From the NCBI RefSeq assembly GCF_009914755.1, contig NC_060930.1: DNA of 64,000 nucleotides. One strand, given 5' to 3'. Below are positions 12,952-25,998 of the stretch, piece by piece. Source of the stretch: the human T2T-CHM13v2.0 reference genome, Homo sapiens. Under the pieces are notes generated by a model. It was not told the DNA's origin, made no database searches, and saw nothing but the letters and a program-made list of their open reading frames with translations. Numbering within the stretch: the first letter of the stretch is position 1; each line of letters opens with the position of its first letter. A program made the translations under genes and the position numbers.

Positions 12952-14035
12952 CAAGGTTAACATATGTTTACCTTTGCTTAACCTAAGAATAGAGAACAAC
13001 CTCATCACAAAAAGCTGGAGATACACCTCCTAAGCCAAAAGTAGGAGAGAAAGAGCTGCATTCTGTTCAGGTTGAGATTTCAGTTTCCTTCATCAATCAA
13101 TTGGGCCCTTAAATTCTTCATATTGTGGATTTAGACACAGTATGGTATAAAAATTAATATATTTAATAGCTATTGTCTTGAAAAGGACACAATGCAATTG
13201 AATGGGGGAGGAGGAGAAGACACAAGAAACACATTACTTGCAAAATAAAATACTAAGTAGTACGTTTCATGCCTTTCTATTTCGTTCTTTTTTTGTTCTA
13301 TTTTCCTACAAGCTCCACCAGTGCTTTCAGTCCCAACAAGATTTCTAAAGTTTTGAGACAGAAACTTCTTGATCAACTTATATGTACCCCTATACTGTAA
13401 TATGGCAGGTCTTGGTTTTAATTGCTTCTGTCTCTCTGTCTCAGCATGACCACTGTTGACCTGTAATGTGACTTTCACTATCCAATGCAAAGTGTTTGCC
13501 ATGCCAAAGTCCACATTTACTGCTCTCTGGTGCTGATACTATGATGAGTGTGTGTGCAAGTTTCTCAGTTTGAGCCTTGATATTCTGGGCCCCCAGTTAT
13601 AGGAATAGACTTCTGTGTTTTTCTTCATTCTGAGGCCTTATTGTAACAAAATGGCTATCTTTTTATCAGACCCAATTATTCTTTCACTTTATAGATATTT
13701 ATGGCTTTCCTATTATATACCTATTATGTTTCAGATGGTAGTTATGTAATAGTAGATAAAACATATAAAATAATCAACATCGTGGAACTTATAACAATAT
13801 CATCTCTTGCTCTTAGACTCTTTCACAGTATTGATATAATATTAGATTTGCCTCATTACAAAACCCATTTGTTTATTGCTTTACTCTTAGCTATTATTTG
13901 TCTTCTCCATTTACAACCAAACTTTTTCAATTTTGGAAGGAATATTAGGTTCAGCCACTGTGTTGCTTCAGATTGCAGCTAACAACACTGGTCTAGCAAG
14001 TGCTTCCCCCTCAGTTCACTCCTGTTCAGAGACAG

Positions 14036-15133
14036 TGACAATGTGATAGAAAATAAAAACCCATTTTCTGAGGAGAAATTCAAGCAGGCTGCAGAAATTT
14101 GCATAAGTAAGAAGGAGCCAAATGTTAATCACCAAGACAATGGGGAAAATGTCTCCAGGGCATGTCAGAGGTCTTCACAGCAGCCCCTCCCATCACAGGC
14201 CCAGAGGCCTAGGAGGGAGAAACAGTTTCCTGGGCCAAGCCCAGAGCCCCCCTGCTCTATGCAGCCTTGGGACATGGTGCCTGGTGTCTTATCTGCTTCA
14301 GCTCCATCCTTGGCTAAAAGAGGCCAAGGTACAGACCGCTTCAGAGAGTGCAAGCCCCAAGCATTGGCAGCTTCCACATGGTGTTGGTCCTGTGGGTGTG
14401 CAGAAGACAAGAACTGAGCTTTGAGAACCTCCGCCTAGATTTCAGAGGATGTATTGATGTGCCTGGATGTCCAGGAAGAAGTTTGCTGGGTTGGCAAGAG
14501 CCCTCATGGAGAATCTCTGCTAGGGCAGTGCAGAAGAAAAATGTGGTGTTGGAGCCCTTACACAGAGTACCCACTGGGGCACTGCCTGGTGGAGCTGTGA
14601 GAAGAGGGTCACCATCCTCCAGACTCCAGAATGATAGACCCACTGACAGCTTGCACTGTGTGCCTGGAAAAGCTGGAGACACTCAATGCCAGCCTGTGAA
14701 AGCAGCCAGGAGGGGAGCAAAGCCACAAGGATGGAGTTGCCCAAGGCCATGGGAGCCCACCTCTTGCATCAGCTTGACCTAGATTTGAGACATGGAGTCA
14801 AAAGAGATCATTTATGAGCTTTAAGAATTGACTGCCCTGCTGGATTTCGGACATGCATGGGTCCTGCAACACCTTTGTTTTGGCCAATTTCTCCCATCTG
14901 GAATGGGTGTATTTACCCAATGCTGTACTCCCATTGTATCTAGGAAGTAACTAACTTGCTTTTGATTTTACAGGCTTATAACCAGAAGGGACTTGCCTTG
15001 TCTCAGATGAGACTTTGGACTTGGACTTTGAGTTAATGCTGGAATTAGTTAAGGCTTTGAGGGACTTGTTGGAAGGGCATAATTGTGTTTTGAAATGTGA
15101 GGACATGAGACTTGGGAGGGGCCAGGCACAGAA
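14036..15133 (+). mobile_element. THE1/MaLR internal sequence, 5'-truncated
   Basis: GAAAACCCATTTTCTGAGGAGAAATTCAAGCAGGCTGCAG... and GGGAGGGGCCAGG PPT before the LTR. Confidence 0.88.
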
Positions 15134-15507
15134 TGATAGGGTTTGGCCTTGTCTCCACCTAAATCTAATCTTGAATTGTAGTTCCCATAATCCCCATGTG
15201 TCTTGGTAGGGACCTAGTGAGAGGTTGAATCATAGGAGTGGTTACTCCCCATGCTGCTGTTCTCATGATAGTGAGTGAGTTCTCACAAGATCTGATGATT
15301 TTATAAAGAGTTTTTCCCCTTTTGCCCTTTTTCTCTCTTCTGCTGCCATCTGAAGAAGGATATGTTTGCTTCCCTTTCTGCCATAATTGTAAGTTTCCTG
15401 AAGCCTCCCCAGCCTTGCGGAACTGTGAGTCAATTAAACTTCTTTCCTTTATAAATTACCCAGTCTCAGGTACGTCTTTATTAGCAGCATGAGAATGGAC
15501 TAATATA
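15134..15507 (+). mobile_element. THE1D-like 3' LTR
   Basis: TGATAGGGTTTGG...AATCTTGAATTGTAGTTCCCATAATCCCC...GAGAATGGACTAATA. Confidence 0.88.
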
Positions 15508-15969
15508 CCTTCTCTCATGTTAACTGCCCTCTTGGATCAGACGTTGTAGAGATAATTTATCTTGTTCCCAACATAATTTTTCTCTTGAGGGGTGGTTTTG
15601 AGGTTAGTGGTCTGAGTTCACACTCATCAAAATCTGAGCTTATTCTAGCATTAAGGTCTGCTTTGGCATTCTCTTTTAATTTCATTTTAGCTATTACAGA
15701 TTACAATAAGCAATGGATTATATATTTTTCTTTTAAAAATTAGTTTGCATTTCTTTATGGATCTTGTGAACCAGCTCTCTGGGGGTTGGATTTGTATCTA
15801 AATTATAGAAAATTTGAATGATCCTGGGAAGACAGGAGGCTTTTCTCTCCAGCAATTTGCAGAGTTGGGTCTGTAGTTAAGATCAAGAGCAGTTGACAGA
15901 ATTGGTAGCAGCACAAGAGATCATGAGCCACCTAAGGTGACCTAACTGAGTTGTTTCTGGAGATCTAAT

Positions 15970-16260
15970 TTTTTTTTTTTTAGATGGAATCTCACTCTGT
16001 CGGTCAGGCTGGAGTGCAGTGGTGCCATCTCAGCTCACTGTAACCTCTGCTGCCTGGGTTCAAGCAATTCTCCTGCCTCAGCCTCCTGAGTAGCTGGGAT
16101 TAGAGGTGCCTGCCACTGCACCTGGCTAATTTTTGTAGTTTTAGTAGAGACGGGATTTCACCATCTTGGCCAGGCTGGTCTTGAACTCCTGACCTCATGA
16201 TCTACCCTCCTCAGCCTCCCAAAGTGCTGGGATTACAGGCATGAGCCACCACGCCCAGCC
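15970..16260 (-). mobile_element. AluS inserted in the TSD/tail of the adjacent L1
   Basis: Reverse Alu flanked by TCTAATTT on both sides. Confidence 0.92.
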
Positions 16261-16267
16261 TCTAATT

Positions 16268-17103
16268 TCTTTTTTTAAAATTTAATTTAATATTAAGTTC
16301 CGGGATGCATTTGCAGGACGTGCAGGTTTGTTACATAGGTAAATGTATGTCATGGTGGTTTGCTGCACCTATTAACCCACCACGTAGGTATTAAGCCCCA
16401 CATGCATTAGCTATTTATCCTGATGCTCTTCCCACCTATCCCCGACAGGTCCCAGTGTGTGTGGTTCCCCTCCCTGTGTCCATGTGTTTTCATTGTTCAG
16501 CTCCCACTTATAAGTGAGAACATGCAGTGTTTGGTCTTCTGTTCGTGTGTTAGTTTGCTGAGAATGATGGCTTCCAGCTCCATCCATGTCTCTGCAAAGG
16601 ATGTGATCTTGTTCCTTTTCATGGCTGTGTAGTACTCAGTGGTGTATATGTACCACATTTTCTTTATCCAGTCTATCATTGATAGGCATTGGGGTTGATT
16701 CCATGCCTTTGCTATTGTGAATAGTGCTGCAAAGTACATATGTGTGCATGTATCTTTATAATAAAATGATTTATATTCCTTTGGGTATAAACCCAGTAAT
16801 GGGATTGCTGGGTCAAATGGTATTTCTGGTTCTAGGTCTTTGAGGAATTGCCACACTGTCTTTCACAATGGTTGAACTCAGGCATCCTATAAAATGGGAG
16901 AAAATTTTTGCAATCTATCCATCTGACAAAGGTCTAATATCCAGAATCTATAAGGAGCATCACTGATTATTAGAGAAATGCAAATCAAAACCAGAATGAG
17001 ATAACATCTCACACCAGTCAGAATGGCCATTATTAAAAAGTCAAGAAATAATAGATGCTAGCAAGGCTTTGGAGAAATAGGAAACAGCTTTTACACTCTT
17101 GGT
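16268..17103 (-). mobile_element. L1PA 3' fragment with 5' inversion
   Basis: 16270-16878 is minus-strand L1 3' end ([21 protein letters not shown]); 16880-17103 is plus-strand ORF2 sequence; TSD GAGATCT(A/G)ATTTCTT. Confidence 0.85.
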
Positions 17104-18541
17104 GAGATCTGATTTCTTAATTAACTTAGATACTAATTTATTAATAGACAGGAAACTAATTTCTAATTTCTTAACAGATACATACTGGCTTCTCAGCCAG
17201 GCTACTGACCTTTACCCCTTACATACACACCTTAACTTCTGTATGAACATGGATGTGACTGCATTGGGTAAGAGAGGGGAGAGGTGGTGGGCAGCAGAAG
17301 GGTGGCCTCTTTGAGGAAGATGTGGGTAAGGATAGCAGGATTCTACTTAGGGGTAGACAGAGCAGTGAACTTTCTGTGGATCAGAGACCTGGGTTTTGAT
17401 TCTATGCTTGTACTGTCAGAGTATGCATATTCCATGTAGATTGTAGCCTGTGGCAGAGAGAAGAAAGTAGTCATCCTTCAATGCCTTCTCATCAGCTTCA
17501 AGATAATATGCCATTCATTCAAAATATTTTTATTGATCTCTTAGTGTATGCAAGAAAATATGTGGAAGGCAGTGGTGACTTAGAGACTCTAAGAAACTGG
17601 TTTGACTATAGGGTGGCAATCGGGGGAACAGTATTATTAACAGCCTAGAGAGGTTGGTGTGGTCTTGTGGGTTGTATTTGGACTTTAACAGTAACAGAGG
17701 AGCACTGCAGCTATTTAAGCAGGAGAGACTCTCTTGTCTTTCTCTGAGATTCTCTCCCTATGTCTCTAAATCTGTTTCTCTGCAGAGAAACAGATTTTAT
17801 CCATATGCTCTTTATCCATACAGCCTTTATCTATAAGCTCTTCATCTGTTTCTCTTTGTTTCTCTGCTTCTCTGTCTCTTTTTGTCTCTCTACTGCTTTG
17901 TTTCTCTCCATTACTGTTATTGTAGCAGTATCTATATATCTCTCTGGGTCTCTTTCCAGCACTAGACCTCCCTGTGCCTTTAAGGAAATAAAGGAGCATA
18001 GGGCATTGGACCTGAAGCAGTATCTTTTGTTTCTTACCCTCTACTAGATCTTGCTGTCTGCCCTTGTCTCTGCGTATTAGTGAGCGTCCTCTCCTGACTC
18101 AACAAAGAAAGTAAGAGAATGAAGTGTATAGAACTGAAAATGCCTTGACGTATTCTTTTTCTCAAATGTGTCCAGATTTTTCCAAAAAGATTGAGCTTTA
18201 GAATTTATGTGATATCTAACCAAAGTGAACAAGTTCTGTGTCCCCAAAAACTCAGGATCCACCTCTATGACAAGGAGGAGCTCAGATAATCCATAATATT
18301 CCAATTCTTACCACTATTAAAACAGTTCTATTTAGCATCCAATACTAGGTTCATAATTCTGAACATCAGAATCTCAGAAGGTTTTCTGCATTCATAAATA
18401 TTTTACTGTTTTTAAGAGGGTTCAATGTATTGGTTTTTGATACTTCAAAAATGATCGTGTACATGTGGTAGATGTATCAGGGTCCTTTGGTTGTAAAAAA
18501 CAGAAAATACCTCTGGCCATCTTAAGAAAAATAAATTTTGG

Positions 18542-19181
18542 TTCAACCATTGTGGAAGTCAGTGTGGCGATTCCTCAGGGATCTAGAACTAGAAATACCA
18601 TTTGACCCAGCCATCCCATTACTGGGTATATACCCAAAGGATTACAAAACATGCTGCTATAAAGACACATGCACACGTATGTTTATTGTGGCACTATTAA
18701 CAATAGCAAAGACTTGGAACCAACCCAAATGTCCAACAATGATAGACTGGATTAAGAAAATGTGGCACATATACACCATGGGATACTATGCAGCCATAAA
18801 AAATGATGAGTTCATGTCCTTTGTAGGGACATGGATGAAACTGGAAACCATCATTCTCAGCAAACTATCGCAAGGACAAAAAACCAAACACTGCATGTTC
18901 TCACTCATAGGTGAGAATTGAACAATGAGAATACATGGACACAGGAAGGGGAAGATCACACACCGGGGACTGTTGTGAGGTGGGGGGAGAAGGGAGGGAT
19001 AGCATTAGTAGATATACCTAATGCTAAATGACAGTTAATGGGTGCAGCACACCAGCATGGCACATGTATACATATGTAACAAACCTGCACATTGTGCACA
19101 TGTACCCTAAAACTAAAAGTATAATAATAATTTAAAAAAAAGAAAAATCAATTGGAGAAGATAAAATTTTATAATAAAAAA
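18542..19181 (+). mobile_element. Young 5'-truncated L1PA with probable short 3' transduction
   Basis: ORF2 C-terminus (WRFLRDLELEIPFDPAIPLLGIYPKDYK), 3' UTR, and 18-bp TSD AAGAAAAATAAATTTTGG at 18524-18541 and 19182-19199. Confidence 0.93.
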
Positions 19182-19964
19182 AAGAAAAATAAATTTTGGA
19201 AAGATACAGTGAGTACCCCACCAAATGAAAGAACCAGTAGGACCATCAGGTTACTGGAGTAAAATGAATCAGGGTAGGCCTGGGGAATTCAGATTGGAAG
19301 TAACAGGTAACCCCATTTGGACAATACCATCTGTTGAAGATTCAAAGCACTAAGAAAAACTGACTTGTTGAAATTGGATCACTTGTTCACCCTTGTGATC
19401 AGTTTCATGGTCAAGAACTCACTGGAACTGTATGGAATAGGAATAGCCGTTCTCATGAATGTTCACAAATAGAGAAGAACAAGGGATGGCAACTTCTGTT
19501 ATAGCAACTCATTATTAACTGCCTGTTTGATTATGGTATTCTATTCCTCTCTCTGCCAGGGAATAGAAAGTTTTTGCGTTTTGCTTGAGAATTGGGAAAC
19601 ATGAAGAACAGTGACTGAGTAAGGGGCTGGGTGTTATTTATAGCATGATTATAAATCTTTTATATTTGAAGGATTTTCAAGTTCCCCTTTGATTCCTTGA
19701 GTTGTTACATTTGAAATTCAAGGTGGTAAGTTGATTATGAGACCCTTCATTCTCCTTCTTCTACACTTGAGATCTGACCAAACACAAAAAGGGATAGGTT
19801 GCCAAAAGGAGGGCTTTGTTTAACTTTTTTGGAGTATTAGAACCTTATGGGTCTAAAAAAATATTTACATTAAGAAAATATTGACCATGAAGGAGAGCAT
19901 GTAAACTCTGTAAAACAATGAAAACAAACAAGACAGAAGTTTCCAGTTTCCCCATTGCTTTCTA

Positions 19965-20080
19965 CCTTTGTCCTCTTTTCTTATTCTTTCCTATTCTTTT
20001 ATTCTTTTTTCCTTCTTTCTTTCTTTCTTTCCTCCCTTCCTCTCTCTTTTCCTTTCTTTCTTCCTCTCTCTCTCCCCACC
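19965..20080. repeat. CT-rich low-complexity tract
   Basis: Seen directly. Confidence 0.8.
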
Positions 20081-20713
20081 CCATGAACCTTGACTAACTA
20101 ACAAACCTCAAGGCTTGCAAAAATCATTCTCAAAAAATACTTTTCTGATGATTATTGACATGAAAGGGGCATGAAAGCAGGTATAAGCCCCCAACTGAGA
20201 TTTTAAAATAGAAAGCTGTTGCCTTAGCCAAAACAAGGTAACGAGGATGTGTACTCCACTTCCTCTATCCTGTAAAAACTCTGATCTGACTTCAGTAAGG
20301 AGATCTCAATGCTCATCACCTGAATAAAGTCTTTAGCCTTTGAGTCACATCATTTTCATTTGACAGTCTTTGTCAGTGATTCCCGAATAGCACATGTGTA
20401 AAAATACATCTATCCTCCCAGATTTTGGGATTGATGGATGTGGCCTTGGATGAACAAAGTCCCAGTGGCCAATCTTCCCTGGTGAAAGTCAGCCTTGTAC
20501 ATCTAACTTAAAGTGTGCTATGAAATGAAAATGTTTTGGAAGCACTGCCTGTTCTCCCCTATCGCCACGCACACTGCTGGTCTCTCTTGGTTGCCAGGCA
20601 CTGGTTTAGGTTCTGAGCAGAATACTCCACAGTGTTCTCTACAGTGTGTTGTAGAATAGGAGGGTCCTGGCAACCTGAGGCAGAGCTGGTGTTACAGAGT
20701 ACCTGCCTACTGC

Positions 20714-20829
20714 TATAAAGTTTTACTTTATACGAATTCTGGAGAAGCTGAGTGAGGCCATGTCTGTTACCAGGAGACATGAGACTCACAGCAGATCTCT
20801 CTGGCTTAACATGGGAGATGGCGGTAAGT
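20714..20829 (+). promoter_or_regulatory. TATA box and strong splice donor; candidate lncRNA first exon
   Basis: TATAAA 20714-20719 and GCG|GTAAGT (GT 20824-20825) in non-repetitive, locally GC-richer DNA. Confidence 0.45.
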
Positions 20830-21867
20830 GCAGCTATATCTGAATTTTTTTAATAGTTAAAAGCTGACTTTATCCAAATAGGGATTAATGTATTTTCCAT
20901 AAGAAGTTCTGTTCTAGGTAGAAAAAAAGTGAAGATTTTGGTTAGGTTAAACTGATTTTTAAAGTATAGGAAGAGTTACAGATTTTTTTCTTATTGAGTC
21001 TAGTCTTGAGAACAATTTATCAAGAACTCCAAATTTAAAGGCAATTAGTTAATTAAAAACTTGAAAGATCTAACTCTTTGAGTTTAAACTGGACTCATTA
21101 GAAAACAAATGGAAGAAAAAGGTATCTAAATGTTCATAATGACTTGTGTCTGACATTAAAACAAGGATTCAGTCACTAGAAGATATGTCAAAGTCCATCA
21201 GTACCAAATGGATAAAGCCAAAATAACTTTAAAACTATATCACATGAATGAAGACTTGCCATAGCAATAAAGTAGAGTTTGGATGAAGACGTCCATCTTC
21301 GGGAAAACCCAAAATAGCTTTTACAAAAAACTGAAGGATGAAATAAAAGATTAAGCCAACAGAAATAAACATATTGAAAATATCTCAATAAACAGAAATA
21401 ACTTAGAGTGAGTCAGAACTGAGAACACCTAGAACAAGTTCCAAAGAACAAGAAAAGTCAGAGCAAATCTCTGACACTTGGAGAAGATAAAACAGATGCA
21501 GGTATGTTAGAGTGGATGTAATAAACAAATCAGAACATGTATATTACTTAGATAGCTCTCAATAATCTGATTTATGCTTTTGTAAAACCTTTGGAGAGGA
21601 CACAAACAAAATATAGTCTGAATTATCTGAAAAGAATAAAAGGAACACTTAAAATCATATTAAGCATATAAAATAAATCAAGAATCTTTGGACCAGAAAA
21701 TGCACAGTATGAAAATTAGCTTCAAAATCTCCAGGACAGAGATTAAGTAATTACTGATATATATCAAGAAAATGAAATAAAACTTCAGATCATTTACATA
21801 TTTATACATCTTAAAGTAGAAGAAGATAACCTTCCTCATTGATTCTACCTTCAAATAGACCTGCTTA

Positions 21868-22009
21868 TTATTATTATTTTTTAATGTTTTTGTAGAGATG
21901 GAGTCTTGCTATTTTGCCCAGGCTAGTCTTGAACTCCTGGGCTCAAGCGATCTTCCTGCCTCTGCCTCCCAAGTGCTGGGATTACAGATATGAGCCACCG
22001 CAACTGGCC
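21868..22009 (-). mobile_element. Free Alu monomer (FLAM-like)
   Basis: Single reverse left-arm sequence with T-rich tail. Confidence 0.85.
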
Positions 22010-22629
22010 CTGAACCTACTTTTAACATCCAGGAAAAATAGCCATATCATTGTTGTCCTAAAGTAATTAAAAATTCTCTCTATTCTAGTTTCGTTGCTGT
22101 TAAATTGTTATACAGGAGTTCAAATTGAAGCTTAATAGAATTAAAACTCTTAGGATGGTGTTTTCTAAATATATATTACTTAAATGTTGGGGAAGAGAAA
22201 TAATTTTAATTTCTAGATAGTACATGTACAATATTCTGTTTTTTAAATAAGTTATAGTGGGAGATTTATAAAGGCAGTTGAACAATCAAAGACATTTGGA
22301 ACTAAATTTCTGTATATCAAGTGCTGTATTTACTATAGTTAAAACACAAGTATGAAAACAATGGAATGTTTATATACAAATGACTTTTATAAATGACTAT
22401 TTCAATTGATTTAAGAAGTCATTTGATGAAAATGATAAAATAGTTAGAGATATAGTGGGAAAAAAAGAGACCCACGGGGAAACACCATGATAGACTGAGC
22501 CAAATGTAGAGCTCAGCTCTTCCTCCCCCAGGATCATAACATATCACCAGATAAACCTTTGAAAAAAAACGAAATGCAACAAAACAAAAAGAAAATCCAG
22601 AAAAGAAAATCGTTAGTTTTCTATATTTC

Positions 22630-23345
22630 ATAATTTCTGTACTTTCCCTCTTCCCAGGTGTCTGTTCACACCTTCTCTGCTCTATCCAAGCGCACATCCT
22701 TTCCTTTTCTTCACTCCCAACTGATGCCTCTGCTTTTCAAAACTTCAGAGAAAATTGGAGAAATCAGAAAGGAATTTCTGTCAGATTTCAATACTACCTC
22801 AACACACCCACCTGCTTCTATATCCATGTATTCTACTTTCTGTCTGGTTCCTATTGATGAACTGTTTGTGCTCTAGCAAAGGCTGATCAATCCTCTGCTG
22901 CCCTGGATCCATCCCCTCACCGACCTAAAGACTTTGTTTCTGAGTTCACCCTCACTCTCCTGCTGTGTAATTTTGCATACTCTATAGGTCATTACCATAG
23001 AATACAAGCATGCTGCCATTACATCCATCTTACAGAAAAAAACTCTTTCTGCCTTCTCTTGACCTCCCTTTCCCTACAGCTATTGAATCATTTCTTCCTG
23101 CCTTCAGCAAAGCACTATTCATGAGTTTTCTATGCTTTCTGTCTCTAAGTTGTCTCCCACTGTTCTCTCTTGCTTCCATTCCAGTGTGGCTGTTGCCTTC
23201 TTTTTCTCTAGCAAAACTCCTCCCTTAGTGTCACAGATGACTTCCTTATTGCTAAATCCAATGGTCAGTTCTTAATCTTCATCTCACTTGACCTACTATA
23301 CTAACAGCCTTTGACACAGCTCCTTCTTCTTTGATATACTTTAAT
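22630..23345 (+). mobile_element. L2 remnant
   Basis: GCTAAATCCAATGGTCAGTTCTTAATCTTCATCTCACTTGACCT...GCCTTTGACACAG matches the degenerate L2 RT DLSAAFDT region. Confidence 0.7.
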
Positions 23346-24977
23346 ACTTTCTTTTTTTTTTCTTTCACCCAAAGCAAGATTCCTCCTCCTATCTTGTCTG
23401 AAGGAGAGTGGCGAGAGCAGATTAAAGCATCCGTGAGGCAGCCTTCTAAAATTTCTCAGGAAGTGGTAGCCAGTGTGAAAATGTATCACCTCACCTTGCT
23501 TCATATTTCCCTTCTCTCAGTTCCCTTTTTTTCTCACCTTTGCTGCCCTCTATTTGCATTCCCAAATAAAACATTAATATTTCCTTTTTTGCCTCAAGCT
23601 CTGATTTTTAGAGAATCTAGGCTAAGAAACTCACTAAGGTCTTAAGGTAAAAGGCCCAGCAAACACACTGTTATTTTGCTCAATCACAGAACGCTCTAGC
23701 TATTCAAAAACTGTTTTCTCTTTCTCCTTCTTCCACATGCACATCCACTAAACCCCGGACCCCAAATTGACAGACCATTCCCAAAACAATAACTTCTGGG
23801 TATGTGCTGGCCCTGGCTGGTGGCTTTTCAGTGTAGAGTTCCATGGTTCTAAATTCTTGACTTCAGGAACTCTCCAAATTATATAAAATGGCAAACTCAG
23901 AACCAGTTATTTATACTTGAAATACATTTTTATGTATAAAGAAATAAATTTTAACATATTAAGGCATAGTCACAGGACAAATGACAAGTATTGTCATTGT
24001 ACAGTTATCTAGTGTGTTTGGATTATAAAGGCACACAAGGATTTTTATGGTAGGGAAGACATTGCTATTGTTTTCAACAGAGAAATAGGAGGATTAGGCA
24101 GAGGAAGGGAATTAGGAGAAATTTCACCGAAAAAGCCCATGAAGCTTTGGGTAAGGCAGACGAGGCTGGATATGACAGGAAGAATTTGCTGGATACATTA
24201 TGGTCTGCTGGCACCATCTGGTGTTGAACCCAAGAAAAAACGGAAGATGAAGAAAAAGCTTTCAGAAAGTAATGGAGCCAAGATGAGGCCCACTGAGGGT
24301 CTTGTTCAAGTGACATCGGGATCTCGTAACAGAACAAATGGCTGTCAAAGTAGCTGGAAAAGCCCTAGGCTATATCTCCTTAGGGCTCCTTCCTTCCCCA
24401 ACTTTCCAGATGTCAGACCCTAACCTACCTCAGAGATAGCACTTTACCTTTCACCCTCTCTTACCCATGTTCCTCCAACTGGTGCCATTCCCATCTGACT
24501 ATCCCATGCCCACACCCAGATCCAGAAGCTGGATAACCCCGCCTCCCTAAACAGCAGATGCCATGTTGGAGAGGTGAATGCAATTGGAATCACTGAGCAT
24601 TTACTTCACGTTCTCATTTCCACCGATTTTACCTCATGCCTCACTATTTAATAATATAAAATTAAAGTAAAATCTTCCCTTCAAAAAAATTTTTAATGAA
24701 ATAACATTGCTCTGAAAAAGATAGTTCAACATATGTCAAAATGGCCTTTTCTCTTATTATAAAAATGAAAATTTAAAACCATACATAATGAAACAAAAGG
24801 ACACTAAAAACATTTTATCAAATATGTTTGTATATGTTCCTGTGCTTTTGTGTTTCTATGTGCACACCTATGCTTTGTGCACTAGAATGACTGCTGCTAG
24901 TCTCACTCTGACCCTGTAGGCTTACTCCCATGTAATAAAACATGCCTCTTGATATAGCAATATGCCCTGATTTATGG

Positions 24978-25199
24978 CAGTGCTTCTATGCCAGGAGCAT
25001 TTTTGCTTCCTAGGGCATATTTGACAATGTCTGGAGGTATTTTTGCTTGTCACAACTTGGGGGGAAAGGAGATGCTACTAGCATCTAGTGCACAGAGGCC
25101 AAAGATACTGCTGAGCATCCTAAAATGCAGAAGAGAGACCCTGACAACAGAAAATTATCTGTTCCAAAATGTCCATAGGGCTAAGGGTGAGAAATTTTG
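24978..25199. mobile_element. MER20 hAT-Charlie MITE
   Basis: CAGTGCTTCT...TTTGACAATGTCTGGAG...GAGAAATTTTG with imperfect 8-bp TSD ATTTATGG/ATTTATAA. Confidence 0.8.
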
Positions 25200-25998
25200 A
25201 TTTATAAAACACTGGTACCCATGTCCTGTTTGGATCTGAGCTCTTTTCCTTTTGCCAAGTGTGCATAGTTTCAAAGCAGGCCCCAGATGGAATTCTGTGA
25301 ACTCTCTGTTTAATTGAAGATGGAAAAGATATCATTAATTACTAACTGCTGGTGAATGTCCCTTCTTGTGAATAACTGAAATAAAAAATCATGTTATCAA
25401 GTGTTAGAATGAATGATTTGGCCTGTTCCCCCAGTTTGCCACAGCCTGCTCTAGAACACAGATACCTATTCCTTTTCAGTGCTTGAGTATATTTAAATAA
25501 AGCATGCCCTAATTTATAGTTAAGTTTTAAGTAATTCAAGAAGGGCTCTATACTTTTCTCTGAGTTGATCCAAAACAATGACTATTATATAATAAACAAG
25601 ACCTTGTATACCAAAATTGTGTTTGAGGGCTTATATGTCTTTTTTTAATGAATAAATAAAAGGTGGAAACGGAAGGAAGGGAAGGAAAAAAGCAAGAAAG
25701 GAAGGAAGGCTAAAGAAAAGCACAGGAAGCCGGGGAGAGCGAGAAACAGAAATGATGTGACTCATGGAGATCTAAAAGGCATGGGGGAATATTGCCTTAC
25801 ATGGGCTCAAAAGAAGTCTGGAAAGAGATTGGAGAGGATAGAAAGCTCTGAGGCCAAGTGAAATACAGTAATGCAGATGGAGAAGATTACATCTCTTCCT
25901 TTACAGACTGGCAAAGTTCTTGAGTGAAAAATTATACAAGATGACCTTTAAAGTTGCTTTGTGAAAAAAGTTGAGCGCTGTGTACTCTGCTTCATTTT

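Noticed and set aside
14043-14782. Cluster of overlapping 110-145 aa ORFs
   Set aside because: All lie within THE1 internal sequence; GC-richer repeat DNA gives chance ORFs.
20240-20540. Unique sequence that looked like a processed pseudogene fragment
   Set aside because: The minus-strand frames I translated had stops and no family I could recognise; needs BLASTX.
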